A DNA stretch of 62,951 nucleotides, counting the filler, from Reticulomyxa filosa (lineage: Eukaryota > Protista > Foraminifera), in NCBI GenBank assembly GCA_000512085.1. It is 17 parts of 17 records of this genome, joined end to end, with 100 filler letters (N's around TTAATTAATTAA, not from the genome) between each part and the next. Parts side by side here need not be neighbours in the genome. Positions count along the whole stretch, not along the records: positions 8,825 to 11,994 come from ASPP01026698.1; positions 12,095 to 13,291 come from ASPP01024131.1; positions 13,392 to 20,656 come from ASPP01020277.1; positions 20,757 to 23,914 come from ASPP01006520.1; 13 more parts are not named here. The stretch is one strand, 5' to 3'. A program made the position numbers and the translations under genes. Position 1 is the stretch's first letter. Every line of letters begins with the position of its first letter. Under the pieces are notes generated by a model. That model did not search any database and was not told where the DNA came from. It worked only from the letters and a program-made list of their open reading frames with translations. This document shows, piece after piece, positions 9,732-21,477 of this stretch.

Positions 9732-11539
9732 GGTCTTAACTGTCAACAAGAAATATATATTCCTTTTATAGTATTGTGACAAACAACTAAACAACGTAAA
9801 ATGGGTTAAGTTTTTTTCTTGGTCTATACCTTTTTGTTTCCCCTTTTTTTTTGTAAAAATTCATGGAAACACCCCATTACATTTTGGATAACGCCAGGTT
9901 GAAAAACAAACTTATAACAAAAACTAATCAACAGTTTAGATGTTATAATGTTTGAAATTATTATTCACTAGAAACATTTGTGGTTTTCTTTTACATTAAA
10001 TTATTTTTATTCATTAGTTTCAAATATTTGCAATATCTGAATATATTTAATTACATTATATTGCTGTGCAGAAACACTTCCTTAGGAGATTTACAAACAA
10101 CAATTGCACAATTACACATGCTTTCTCAAAAGGAGATCTCACTAAAAAATGTATTTCTTGACAATTTTACACTTCAACACTTTGCAACTATTGTATCTAC
10201 AAAACCTTTTTGACTAAATTTCTTTTTTGCGTGAAAAATAATGTTTATTAATACATTCAATGATATCAAATGATATCAATTTTCATATCTTTTAAATATG
10301 CTGAATGTTTTTGAAAAACAAGTTAATGAGTTTATTACCAGAAGAATCAAATATTTTTTTAATATTTTGTTATCAATATTTCATTTATTAAAAATATTGT
10401 TGAAATTACCACAAAAGATAAGTTCTATTTGTGATAAAAGAAAGTTTGTTAAGTTTTTGGGAAAGTAGACGTTCAGTTCGAACAGCAATCATTTTAAGGG
10501 GAAAAAAAGTATTCTTCGCAGCTTTGGGGTTTTCTAAAAGTGTCTTTGTCACTGTATGCCCTTGACATGGAGTTCACACTACACACAGTACGTTGAAGAA
10601 TTGTTTTTTTCTTTAATTGAAAATTTTTTTCGCAATGTATATTAGTAGAAAAAAATCTACAAATGATTTTTTTTATAATGGAAAAAAACTTGGTCAGCAA
10701 GCAATTCAATTACTTTGCTTGATATTTGTATTTTTTTTTATTTTCAAGCTCATGAAGGATCAATAAAAAATTGAAATGAAATTTGTTTTATTTAATAAAT
10801 ATAAAACTTTGTAATTAGAAATAAGTGTTTCATTTTGTAAAATATTAAGACATAACAACAATAAGGCCCATTTTTTTTCAATATATTTTAATTTGAAAAA
10901 TACTTATAAATGTTTGACAGATGACTTGATTCACCATTTTACGTCGATATTAACATTTGTTTTCTAAGCCTTAATTAATTTATCAAAAATTAGCAAGGTT
11001 TTGTCAAAATATAGAAACATTTAACAGTTGACAAACCACAAATTTGAATATAAAAAAATTATTTGTGAAAATATTATTTGGTAATTAGTAATAAATTGTT
11101 GCTATAGAACATAGATTAATACAAACACATAATGGAATAACACTTTATTATATGAGTATTTGTCTCTTTGTTAGTGAATAGAAAAAAAAAGAAACGTGAA
11201 TCTTTGCAAGAAATCACAGATTGTGCTTATTTTATTTTTTGTATATGAACTACATATTCAATTGCTGATTGTATTCTTTAAAGATAATTTCAATGACAGT
11301 GCAAGTAATTCTTTTTGTGGACGTCTATTTGAAATATCTACTTTTATTTTAATTTTTTTTTCCTTCCTTGGATAAAGCCATGAAAGTCAATACTTTAAGA
11401 AATTACGTTATTTATATTCTCTTTTTTCAATTATGTGCAAACAAAAAATATTCATGTAAAATATCTTTTTTGTTGACTTTTGTTTTTGCAAAGGGTCCCC
11501 TTTTTAAAACTCTTTAAAAACTTCAGCAACATTATCAAT

Positions 11540-11650
11540 ATGGGTAATCGAACTGCAACACAAAAACATTCTGAAAAACAAACCAAGCAAAGCGAACATC
11601 TTATTACCTCATTTCAAACTTTGAAGAACTTGCACAATCGACTTGAACAC
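11540..11650 (+). pseudogene. Truncated 5' fragment of a Kelch-like family gene
   Basis: MGNRTATQ...ITSFQTLKNL matches the start of the Kelch paralogue at 62725 (MGNQNTAFFQILKNL), including the start context. Confidence 0.6.
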
Positions 11651-11994
11651 GCTTGCATCTCCACATATACCTTATGTTTTGGTACATATAATTTAATATT
11701 ATGAAACCGATGATGTGTTTTTGATTGTTTTTCGAAAAAGTCTTTATCTTCTGAAACAACCAAATTAAATTTGTCTGCGTTTTTTATTACACATAAAATA
11801 GTAAATCTCCTAATATCAAATACTCGATTAAAATCTTCATTGTAATCAGATTTAATTTTTTCAGATAATCGTTTCATATCTTTGACTTCCTGCGGTTTTG
11901 CTACTGTAATCGAACACCAAATCTAAAATCTCTTGACTTTTCATTGCATCTTTACTTCGAGCAATTAAATCTTCTAAACTTGTTGCGTGTTGAA
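11650..11994 (-). pseudogene. RelA/SpoT-like nucleotidyltransferase domain fragment (frameshifted, truncated)
   Basis: VKDMKRLSEKIKSDYNEDFNRVFDIRRFTI ... HHRFHNIKLYVPKHKVYVEMQA fits the K..R..EK..DY..D..R..DI.R and vEiQ motifs; upstream frame shifts near 11925. Confidence 0.6.
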
Positions 11995-12094
11995 NNNNNN
12001 NNNNNNNNNNNNNNNNNNNNNNNNNNNNNNNNNNNNNNTTAATTAATTAANNNNNNNNNNNNNNNNNNNNNNNNNNNNNNNNNNNNNNNNNNNN

Positions 12095-12133
<39 letters not shown>

Positions 12134-12189
12134 AATTATATATATGTATACGTGTATATGTATATAAAGTACAATTCCAGGTCTTTGAC

Positions 12190-13218
12190 TTAGTATTTAC
12201 ACAAGCAAAGCGAAGCAAAGACCTGGTTAGCAAATCCAAACGATAAGAGCATAGTGGAGCAATTGATGCAGAGATCAATGGCTGCCATCGACCAAACAGC
12301 TTCACTCCAACCGGGCACTGACACGACCGCGTATACAACAAGCGTAGAACACTCTGCAATCAAGAACAATCGTAACAACTTTTTCAAATACTCTTTCAAG
12401 TCTTTTTGCATTTGGTCGTTTGGTATTGACTTCAAATTTGTTATCTTTTTTTTTTTTTTGAATGTTGCAATATTATTTTTATATATGTATACATATACAT
12501 TTATAAAAAAAAAAAACAAAAACGGCTCATCAACTTTATAAACGTGATAAACCAAAAAAGTGAATAAAATGACATTCCAAAACATGTGAACAAAAATAGT
12601 GGCGACGACGAGTAAGGCTTCAGCAATGCTGGCTTCGTCACAGCTGTTGAGTTGCAAGCGAAGGTTGTGCGCGAATAACACGCTGCCAAAAGTGATCGTT
12701 GGGGCAATCCCGAAAAAATATTGCTTGCACTTGGAAATCTCAAAAACGCTTCCTTGCAAAAACACGGTCGTGCGTACCAAATAAAACGAATAAAACAGTC
12801 CTTCAATGAACACACGCAAATACACGACGTATAAGCCGTGCATGCATGCTTTGCCGGATGCGTCAACCAATGCATAGATCAGGGGCTCGCACACGTTTCC
12901 GACACATACCCAAAAACACCCAAGTACGTATAACGTTACAATCCATTTGATTCGGACATCAATTATTTTCACTCGGCTGGTGCTCCTTTCTGAAGTCGAT
13001 ATGCTCACGCTTGTCTCTGCCATGTCACTCTTTTGGATAGAAAGTTGCACTGCCCTACTTTGCTCGCTATTGACCCTTTCTCGAGTCACGTTCCACATGT
13101 TGCGTCGGGCCACGACGAACAGCCAAAGACAATAGACACTGCAGAGTGAGTTGATCGCAACTGTGAGAAATAATCCGTTTTCGGAATGGAAGCCCGCTTT
13201 TTGGGCATTCAAGGACAT
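12190..13218 (-). CDS. Orphan multi-pass (about 7 TM) membrane protein, GPCR-like topology; in-frame 90-nt intron 12445-12534
   Basis: About seven hydrophobic segments; the low-complexity in-frame stretch is bounded by GT...AG. Confidence 0.7.
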   Translation of the reverse strand: MSLNAQKAGFHSENGLFLTVAINSLCSVYCLWLFVVARRNMWNVTRERVNSEQSRAVQLSIQKSDMAETSVSISTSERSTSRVKIIDVRIKWIVTLYVLGCFWVCVGNVCEPLIYALVDASGKACMHGLYVVYLRVFIEGLFYSFYLVRTTVFLQGSVFEISKCKQYFFGIAPTITFGSVLFAHNLRLQLNSCDEASIAEALLVVATIFVHMFWNVILFTFLVYHVYKVDEPFLFFFFINVYVYIYKNNIATFKKKKKITNLKSIPNDQMQKDLKEYLKKLLRLFLIAECSTLVVYAVVSVPGWSEAVWSMAAIDLCINCSTMLLSFGFANQVFASLCLCKY

Positions 13219-13391
13219 GATTTACTTTGATTTGATTATTTATCAAAAAAAATTCCCATAAACCAATAGAGATTGATTTTTTTTTTTTTTTNNNNNNNNN
13301 NNNNNNNNNNNNNNNNNNNNNNNNNNNNNNNNNNNTTAATTAATTAANNNNNNNNNNNNNNNNNNNNNNNNNNNNNNNNNNNNNNNNNNNN

Positions 13392-13396
13392 AAAAT

Positions 13397-13435
<39 letters not shown>

Positions 13436-15873
13436 ACGAAACAAATTGACTAAGAATTTGTTATTCATCATATCCATGACACGCTTTTCACTAACAATGT
13501 GCTTTGCCAAGTCCAAGTCGACTACTTGAGATTTCTTGATCGCCTTCAAAGCGTACGATTTGTTGGTGCTGGGATCCACAACCAAAGTGACCAAGCCAAA
13601 GCCACCTTTTCCTAAAATGCCAATGTGCTTCAGCTCTTTCAAACCGCACACTGCTTTCTTCGCTTGTGTTCGCATCTCGGCGTTGGTTTTCTGCTGTTCG
13701 ACGAGAGTTTGTCGCTTCTGTTCCAACGCCTTGTCTTCGTCGATGATCTCTTTGCTCCTTTTGTACGAGCTGATTTTGTCGTCGATTATGTCGACCACTG
13801 GTCCTAACAGCGCAAAGAAATCCTTCGATTCCAGTTCCCATAACACGCATTTCTCACCTATTATGACATTTCCACACACTCTTTTAAAATGCCTGCACAA
13901 CAAATCAAATATGTAATATATACATATTATACATAAGTATGATATGTATATATGTATATGACGTTGAACTTGTCACAACGATAGTGGCAGCTCTTGGTTC
14001 ACTCGTTCGCAATGCCCTTTCTCCAAACATGCCGTACTCGGTCAATTCGCCACTTTCGCCATTTTTTTTGCTCCAGCGAAGAGTGCCCTTCACAACGATA
14101 ATTAAACATATATGTATATGTATACGTATATGTATATGCATATATGTTTGATATGTACATTGTGCATTATCTCTCTTCCTACCCTCCCTTTTGGCTCAAA
14201 ACAAAAACAAAACAGCTCGAATGACGTAAAATCTTTCGCCGACATCCCCTTCGCCGAAAATGATTGCGTCTTTCTCATATTGTTTCGGTTGAAATGCGTC
14301 TGAGATCCGTTCCAATTCGGATTGCAGCAAAGGTTGGAACAACGGTACTTTTTTCAGAAACTCCAAGTACTCTGCATGTTGGCGACGATGGTAGCGTTTT
14401 CTCACACGCAAAAACTCGCTTTGATGGATTTCCCAGGCTGAAGATTTCCCTGTCGCCTTTGTTGTTATAATATACATAATATATATATATATATATATAA
14501 TTTTAAGCCAAAAAAAGAATGAACCAAAAAAAAAAAAAAATCATTTTGAAATTAAGTTTAAGACAAAGCACAAAAGTCGTTCTCCTCCAACAACCAGTTT
14601 GCAAAATGAGGGATACAGTGATATTTTCATACTTGCATTATTTTCAAATTACATTTCAAAACAAAAAAAAAACAATGTAACATAATAAATAATAAACAAT
14701 AAATAATAATAATAATAATAATAAATATAATATATAATATATGTACATATATTATATATTATATTTATTTATTTATTATTATTAGATACCATCTACATAC
14801 CACAATGCTTGCTTGTCTGGGCTGGTTTTTGAGTAAAGCCAACTCGCCAAAGGTTCCTCCTTTGGTGTATTCCTTCACTTTGACGCCGTCCACGAGACAA
14901 TCAAAGTGGCCACTTTCGACGACGTAGAAGCAATAGTCAATGTCCCCTTGACGAATGCAATGCTGATCTTTGTCATACTCCTTTAATTCAAAGCGGCTAA
15001 TGATCTCTCGCTTCAATGCCAATTCGTACTCACTAAACAATGCATGGTTTGCAACTTGTTCTAACAACCATTGCATTTGTTCTACCGTCAAAGTTTTCTT
15101 TTCATCCTCCTAAAACTTTTTTTTTTTTTTTTTTGGGTCCCCCCTCCTTCTTTCACCTCCCCTCCCCCTTTTTTTTTTTTTAAGTAATAAAAATAAATCA
15201 ACAAAAATTAATTACATCTTTGGAATCAGTTGATTCTTTCAATGGCGTTAAAAAAGCGTGTCGATGGGCTTGTCGATTGGCAAAGCGGATTTGTGGATTG
15301 CCGTGCAACGATTTTTCAAACAGGTGCCGGCTGCAAACTAAACACTTCGTTGTTTCTATGGCTATCAGATTCGCATTGCGACGAGTGTTTTGCAATAATG
15401 CTTGTTCTCCTGCATAATCTCCTTGTCGCAATGTCGCCAATTTACCACCTTGCTCCGTGGATACTTCAACTGATCCCTTTTTTTTTTTTTATACGTTTCG
15501 CTTTTTTTTTTTTTTATGAAGGGAGAGTTATAAAAAGGGGCTCTCACCCAAAAGACCTTTTTTTTTAGAAAAAAAAATGTACTCTCTTTTCTACTTGATT
15601 TTTGTTGCAACAAAAAATTAACTGAAACAATAATGTAAAAGGAGTCACCCTCTTCTCCTTCTTTCATTATGTAATCCCCCTTCCGAAATTCTTGACTTTT
15701 CAATCCATCTGCTAACTTTTCTCGTTCCGATTTCCCTAAACCAGCTAGCAGAGGAACGATTCCAGGATTTTTTTCACGTCCAATTGGTCACCTGTGTTTG
15801 ACCAAGCAAGGCAAGTGGAATTATGTTGTTTTAAGGTTAAACAAAATTATTAAATAAGCTTACTTTTTGACAT
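13392..15873 (-). CDS. cGMP-dependent protein kinase (PKG-like), three cNMP-binding domains plus start of kinase; 3' end truncated by gap
   Basis: Phosphate-binding cassettes GEQALLQNTRRNA, FGELALLKNQPRQAS and FGERALRTSEPRAAT; kinase LGKGGFGLV...YALKAIKK...IVSEKRVM; start exon MSK at 15873; multi-exon. Confidence 0.9.
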
Positions 15874-16965
15874 TTTTTGCCTTTTGAAAATAATTGGTCA
15901 CTATGTGCCAACAAAAAATCAACGATTGTACCCCTTGTTGTACGGTTTGTTTTTGGAGACGCTGTACGTCACGGATTACTGCAAAAAAAAACACTAATCA
16001 TAAAGTTAGCTAATCAAAATTAAGCAATTTTTGAAACTTTCATTTGTAAATTACCAATAAAAACATTTATTTAAAAGAAGAATGAAAACAAAATTATATC
16101 AATTTTTCAAATAAAATCAAAAAAACAAAGTAATTTGTCTTATTATATTTTTAAATTTTGAATTCTAATTTCGATTATAATCACGGTAGGATAAAAGAGA
16201 AAGCTGATCCAACGAGATTATCAATTTCCTCACTGAAAAAACAACATTTAATCAAAAATCTTTTTTAAAGAATATACAAATTATATAGTAAATATCGTTT
16301 TGGTTTTTATTTTATCTTAGAATTTTTTTCAAAAATTTAAATCTTCTATTTGATTTTCTAAAATTTTTTTTTGGATGTCGCTTAAAAATGACAATTTTTT
16401 TATTTTTACTAATAAGTTATGTTTCATTTTTCTTTCATATCCTCTTTGGTATCAATACTTTCATTGCTTTTACTGATTGTGATAATAGTATAAAGTATTA
16501 CAATTTTTTAAAGAAAATAAAAGTCTTTAATATAATCTCAAATGTCAATTATTTTTTTTTGGAAAAATTATTTTTTTAAAACATCAGAAAAACAAAAATT
16601 GATAGTGCGACTATCAATAATGACCATCATAGCTCAGTTGCAATACGAAATCTAAAAAAAAAATGTTCTTCTTAAGAAAAGTTTTATTTATTTAGATTAA
16701 TTTTGGCATATCTAAGACAAAATTTACTTTTGTTTCCAAGAGAATACATGAAAAACTTTACCTTTACACATTTGAAAAAAGCAATAACTAGGTGATCAAT
16801 AAAATGCATTGAAATTAGCTAAAGACATAATTTTGTTTAAAATGAAGCATAATATTATTTTCTTTGATAATGTTTTTGAATGTTGTATTGTTATTTGGTC
16901 TTGTATTTGTTTCACAACGTTTTTGCTTGTGAGTTCAAAAAAAAATTGAACTGGAAAAAAAAGAC

Positions 16966-18768
16966 ATGAGACTACGAGATCTAAGTAAATTCAGAAACTT
17001 TTTACTTGCTATTTGCTGCTATTTACTTTTGGGTGTTGGTTTTATTGTCTTTTTATGGTCAATAAGCATGTTTTTACTTCTTGAAAGTAGTGAATCTGAA
17101 GTTCATCTAAACGAACAAACGCCATCTCCCCAGCCTCGATATGTGCAACCAGAAGTAGTGTATTTGAATAAGCAATGGACATTTGGACATGATCGATCAC
17201 CACACACATATTCATTGAGTATTCGAACAAATTTTACGTTTGGTAAATCTAACAAAAAAAAAAAGTAAAAATTTGGGACTAAAATAAAATTACATAAATT
17301 TATGTAAAAAAAAAAAAAAAAAAAAATGAATAGTAAATGTGAAGAACAACATATGGGTTGGAAATTTGCAAAATCACAATATATGAGAAAATCATTTGAT
17401 TTATGTGTACCCCCTCCACAAGAAGAAAGAAAAAATCTTAGCAATGGATCAAAATTGTCAAATTGGTATAATCGTTATGGTGTATTAAATGATGGATACT
17501 CAACATTAACCTGTTGGTTTGGCTCAAATAAAGAAGATTCAATAACAATGTGTCGTGTAAAAAATTTGTATGCTTATGTAAGTGAGAATGTATCAATTTG
17601 GTATCAATTGCGAGAACACAAAATATATGATACAGGTGATAAAGGAATTGGATTAAGATATATATTGAGATGTCGTCCTGTATATCCTTATTGGAATCAA
17701 CGTGCTAAATATATAGCTCAATGGAAAGGACAATCGGGAGCTTTTCATCCTTTTCAAGATGATTTAAAAATTGATTATAATTTGCCACAACAAGTTCCTT
17801 CACATTATTATTTCAATGAAACATGGCATATTAAAAGAGGTGAAATTGGAACAAATCCATGGCATGCTTTGGCAGATTTAACAACAGTGTGGATAATTGA
17901 AACGCTATTTAATGAAACCAGAGATAATTCAAAGTTAATCGAAGTTCTCGGTTTTGAGAGTTTATATTTAAATCATCCAATTCGTGTATTATTGTCAAGT
18001 TTATTTAAACATATTGAAATGGAGCCTCCAAATTTTAATTCATCAAATTATCCCTCTGTAGCAAATGAATTTTTAATTCAACATGCAATGTATGATCCAT
18101 CTCCATGGCTTTCTTTGCTATGGAAGAAAGGAGAAATATCTTGTCCGTTACCTTTTCAACGATCTCCATTACTTTTTCAATTTCGTGATTTTTTAAATAA
18201 TTTCTTAAGTTTATTATATCGTTATATATTTATATATAGATATATATACATATATATGTGCATATATATTTTAAACAGTGTCACAATCAGAAATAAGAGA
18301 TTATGATTGGATTACTGAAGTAATTGAAGGTAAAAAAAATTGGCGTGTATTAACAAATTTTAAATTTGGAAATTTTTATCGATTGAAAACAATGAATAAT
18401 GGAACATTAATAATTGATACTAATGAAACTTTAATTTTAAAACGTCCCACATTAAAACATTTTCAAAATGTAATTCAAACACATTCTCGACCAATTCTAT
18501 TTTATTCTTCTCGATATTGGGAAAATGGACGTGATATTCACCATTCTCAATCTTTATGTAAACATCGTTGTATTCACAATTATCGTTCTTTTATTCATCA
18601 TTTGTTAATTCATTTTCCTTATCATTATTTTATCATTGGTAATTTGGCACCATTTGTCTATGTCTGCACAATATCATTTACTTCGACATGTTGATGTTAT
18701 GTTTGGAATGCATGGTGCTGGTTTTGCTTTGGCTACCTTTCTTTATCCTCCTCAAATGCTTTATGAAG

Positions 18769-18814
<46 letters not shown>

Positions 18815-19092
18815 TATATATATGTATATATTTTATTGTTGCTGTTATTCATTCCTAATAGATAACAATCCCTAATTGGATCGATTCCTTGCGTCTCGCA
18901 AGGATGTACAATTTGGCATATGGACAATTTCTTTGTGAGCATTGCACTCATCATACGGAAGATAATGTCATTGATGTTGACACTTTCATTCCTCACTTCG
19001 ATTCTTTTTTAACTCAAAATGGGCTTGGCTCTGTGCACGTTCTTGCATCCCTTCAAAATGACTCTGTTTCCTCCCCACACCAAGATTCGTAG
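16966..19092 (+). CDS. Type II membrane glycosyltransferase family 61 (EOGT/xylosyltransferase-like), multi-exon
   Basis: N-terminal signal anchor; NPWHALAD and VDVMFGMHGAGFALATFL GT61 motifs; 1-nt shift near 18650. Confidence 0.75.
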
Positions 19093-19584
19093 CATGCCGC
19101 TACAAAATAATAACCTCTATTCTTATCTCGATTGTTTACTAATTCAAATTGTTTCCATCTTTGCCAATCAGACCTTTTTTTAAAAAAAAATATTTTCGTA
19201 ATTTCACTCTTTTTTGTGGTGCCAAATAATGAGAGATGCAAACCCAGTGCATGTATTGTATGCTCACTGGTATGGGTACGTGTGTACTTCTATTCTTAGT
19301 CAGTAGTCATTTGTTATTTTTTTTTAATATGTACTATGTCCTCGATTAGGATAAAGTGTACACATGTTCTCACTTTGCATCTTCAAAAAAAAAAAAAGAT
19401 TGTATTTGCTGAGTAAATAAATTATGCACGAACAGATTTGTTCAATGTTTTAGCAAAAAAAGTAACCCTTTTTCAATTGATCAAATTCTCTTAAGACTAT
19501 CAAAAAAAAAAGTTAGAAACAAAAACATAATTTTTTTCAACCAATCAAAAAAAAAAAAAAAAACCAAAAACCAAAAAATACAAA

Positions 19585-20656
19585 TTATCCCCATATTCGA
19601 ATGGTTCTATCATAAGAGCACGAAACAATCGCTTCACCGTCGGGGGAGAAGTGAACCCCAATGACATCGTCTGTATGCAAGTCCAGTATTTGCACTTGCT
19701 GACCGGAGGGTATATGCCACACGCGGATGGTTCGATCAGCGGAGCAAGACACGATATGCATTGCATCGAGTGAGAACCTGACACTAGAGACCCATTTGAC
19801 ATGTCCATGAAAGACGCGCAACGCTGCTCCAGACTCGACGCTCCACAGCCGAATGGTCGAATCCATCGCGCACGAAACAACGGTACGTCCGTCGGGAGAA
19901 AACACAGCGTCTCGCACAAAGGCGGTATGTCCCTCCATCTTTTGGAGCTCTTTTCCGGACGAGATCTCCCACACTCGAATGGTCTTGTCATCGGAACACG
20001 ACACAATGCGGTCGCCATTTGACGAAAAGTGAACCTTCCGAACTGATCGCAAGTGTCCTTCGATTACCTTGATTTGATTTGCCAAGGCCACATCCCACAA
20101 TCGAATGGTTTTATCTTTGGAGCAAGACGCAAGCATCGAGCCATTGGGCGAACATTGGAGTCCCTTGATGAGACGTTCGTGACCCTTTAACGTGGTTATA
20201 ACTTGGTTGGTCGAAACGTCCCAAATGAAAATCATTTCACCTGAAAACGAAAATAGAAATCGTCCATCCGGTGAAAAATGCACGCCCCTCATCCACGCCG
20301 AGTCTTTACTCCAAACTTTTAGCTCCTTTCCAGATGTCACCTCCCACAATCGAATCGTTTCGTCCGCCGAACAAGACGCAATCGTCAATCCGTCTGGTGA
20401 AAACTGCGCATCGTCCACTGCACGCGAATGGCCTCTCAATACGTTCATTTGTCGATAATATTTGGCCTTTTTTTTTTTTTTTTGTATACGTGTATGTCAT
20501 GATCCCTTTCTTCACTCTTGTCCTTACTTTCATGAAAATAAAAAATTGTTAGACGAAACATATTTTGTAATGAGTTTGTCAAAATCATGGATCCATCCCC
20601 AATTAATTGCTGCCGTTTGAATCCATGCACGAATAATTGTTTGTACATTTTTTCGA
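19585..20656 (-). CDS. WD40 repeat protein (exons 20656-20560, 20466-19585); 5' truncated by gap
   Basis: Seven GH...FSPDG...SCSxDxTIRxW units; upstream exon carries IIRAWIQTAAINWGWIHDFDKLITKY. Confidence 0.9.
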
Positions 20657-21477
20657 NNNNNNNNNNNNNNNNNNNNNNNNNNNNNNNNNNNNNNNNNNNN
20701 TTAATTAATTAANNNNNNNNNNNNNNNNNNNNNNNNNNNNNNNNNNNNNNNNNNNNCCATAGTTTTTTTTCCCCCTCCCCCCCCTTTCCACAAAAAATCT
20801 CCTCTCAAACTATAAACACCGAACAAAATTATAGGTGATGGGAGATTGGCCACCAGAAAAGAAAGCCATCAAATTCGAAATTATTTTTAAACACATGCGA
20901 CCATTATTTCCAAGAATACAAAAATTTCGTATCAATTCTTCGACGAATAAAAAATAAGGGAAAAAAAATGTAAACAAATGAAAAAAAAATAATGGAGCAA
21001 TACATCTGGGACTCACATTGACTATAACTATTTTTTTTTTTGTGAGTCACATGACTATTAATGAAAATGTAAAAAATAAAGGTTGTACAACAAATTTTTT
21101 TTTTTTTTTTTGTTAAGCGCCCGAGAATGGTGACTGTTTTTGGATTTTTCCTTGACGGAACAGCATTACTGTTTCATCATCTCGAAAGAGAGCAAAAAAA
21201 AAAAAATGAAGAGAATATGTTTGCAGTTTGGGGATGATTGTAGTCGTGATGTAGTTCGATTACTGAATTTTTAAAAGTTTCACAACATTGTGAAAAAATT
21301 TAAAAAAGCAAACTTTTAAACCCCCCCACCCAAAAAATAGACAACCTCTTTGTCCTTCAAAATGTGCACAGACAAACTTGCGACGCTAAAGATGCTCGAA
21401 TAAGGAAAAAAGTATATAGAATGTAATTGGAGTATTATTTAAAACATGCAGCAAAACAAAGACCCCTACAATAAGGA

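Noticed and set aside
9884-9900. GGGATAACGCCAGG resembling the M13/lacZ primer region
   Set aside because: Short, imperfect match with no flanking vector sequence.
13392-19092. Alternative genetic code (stop reassignment) to explain fragmented ORFs
   Set aside because: Breaks are explained by GT-AG introns and 1-nt indels; long ORFs have no internal stops and end normally at TAA, TAG or TGA.
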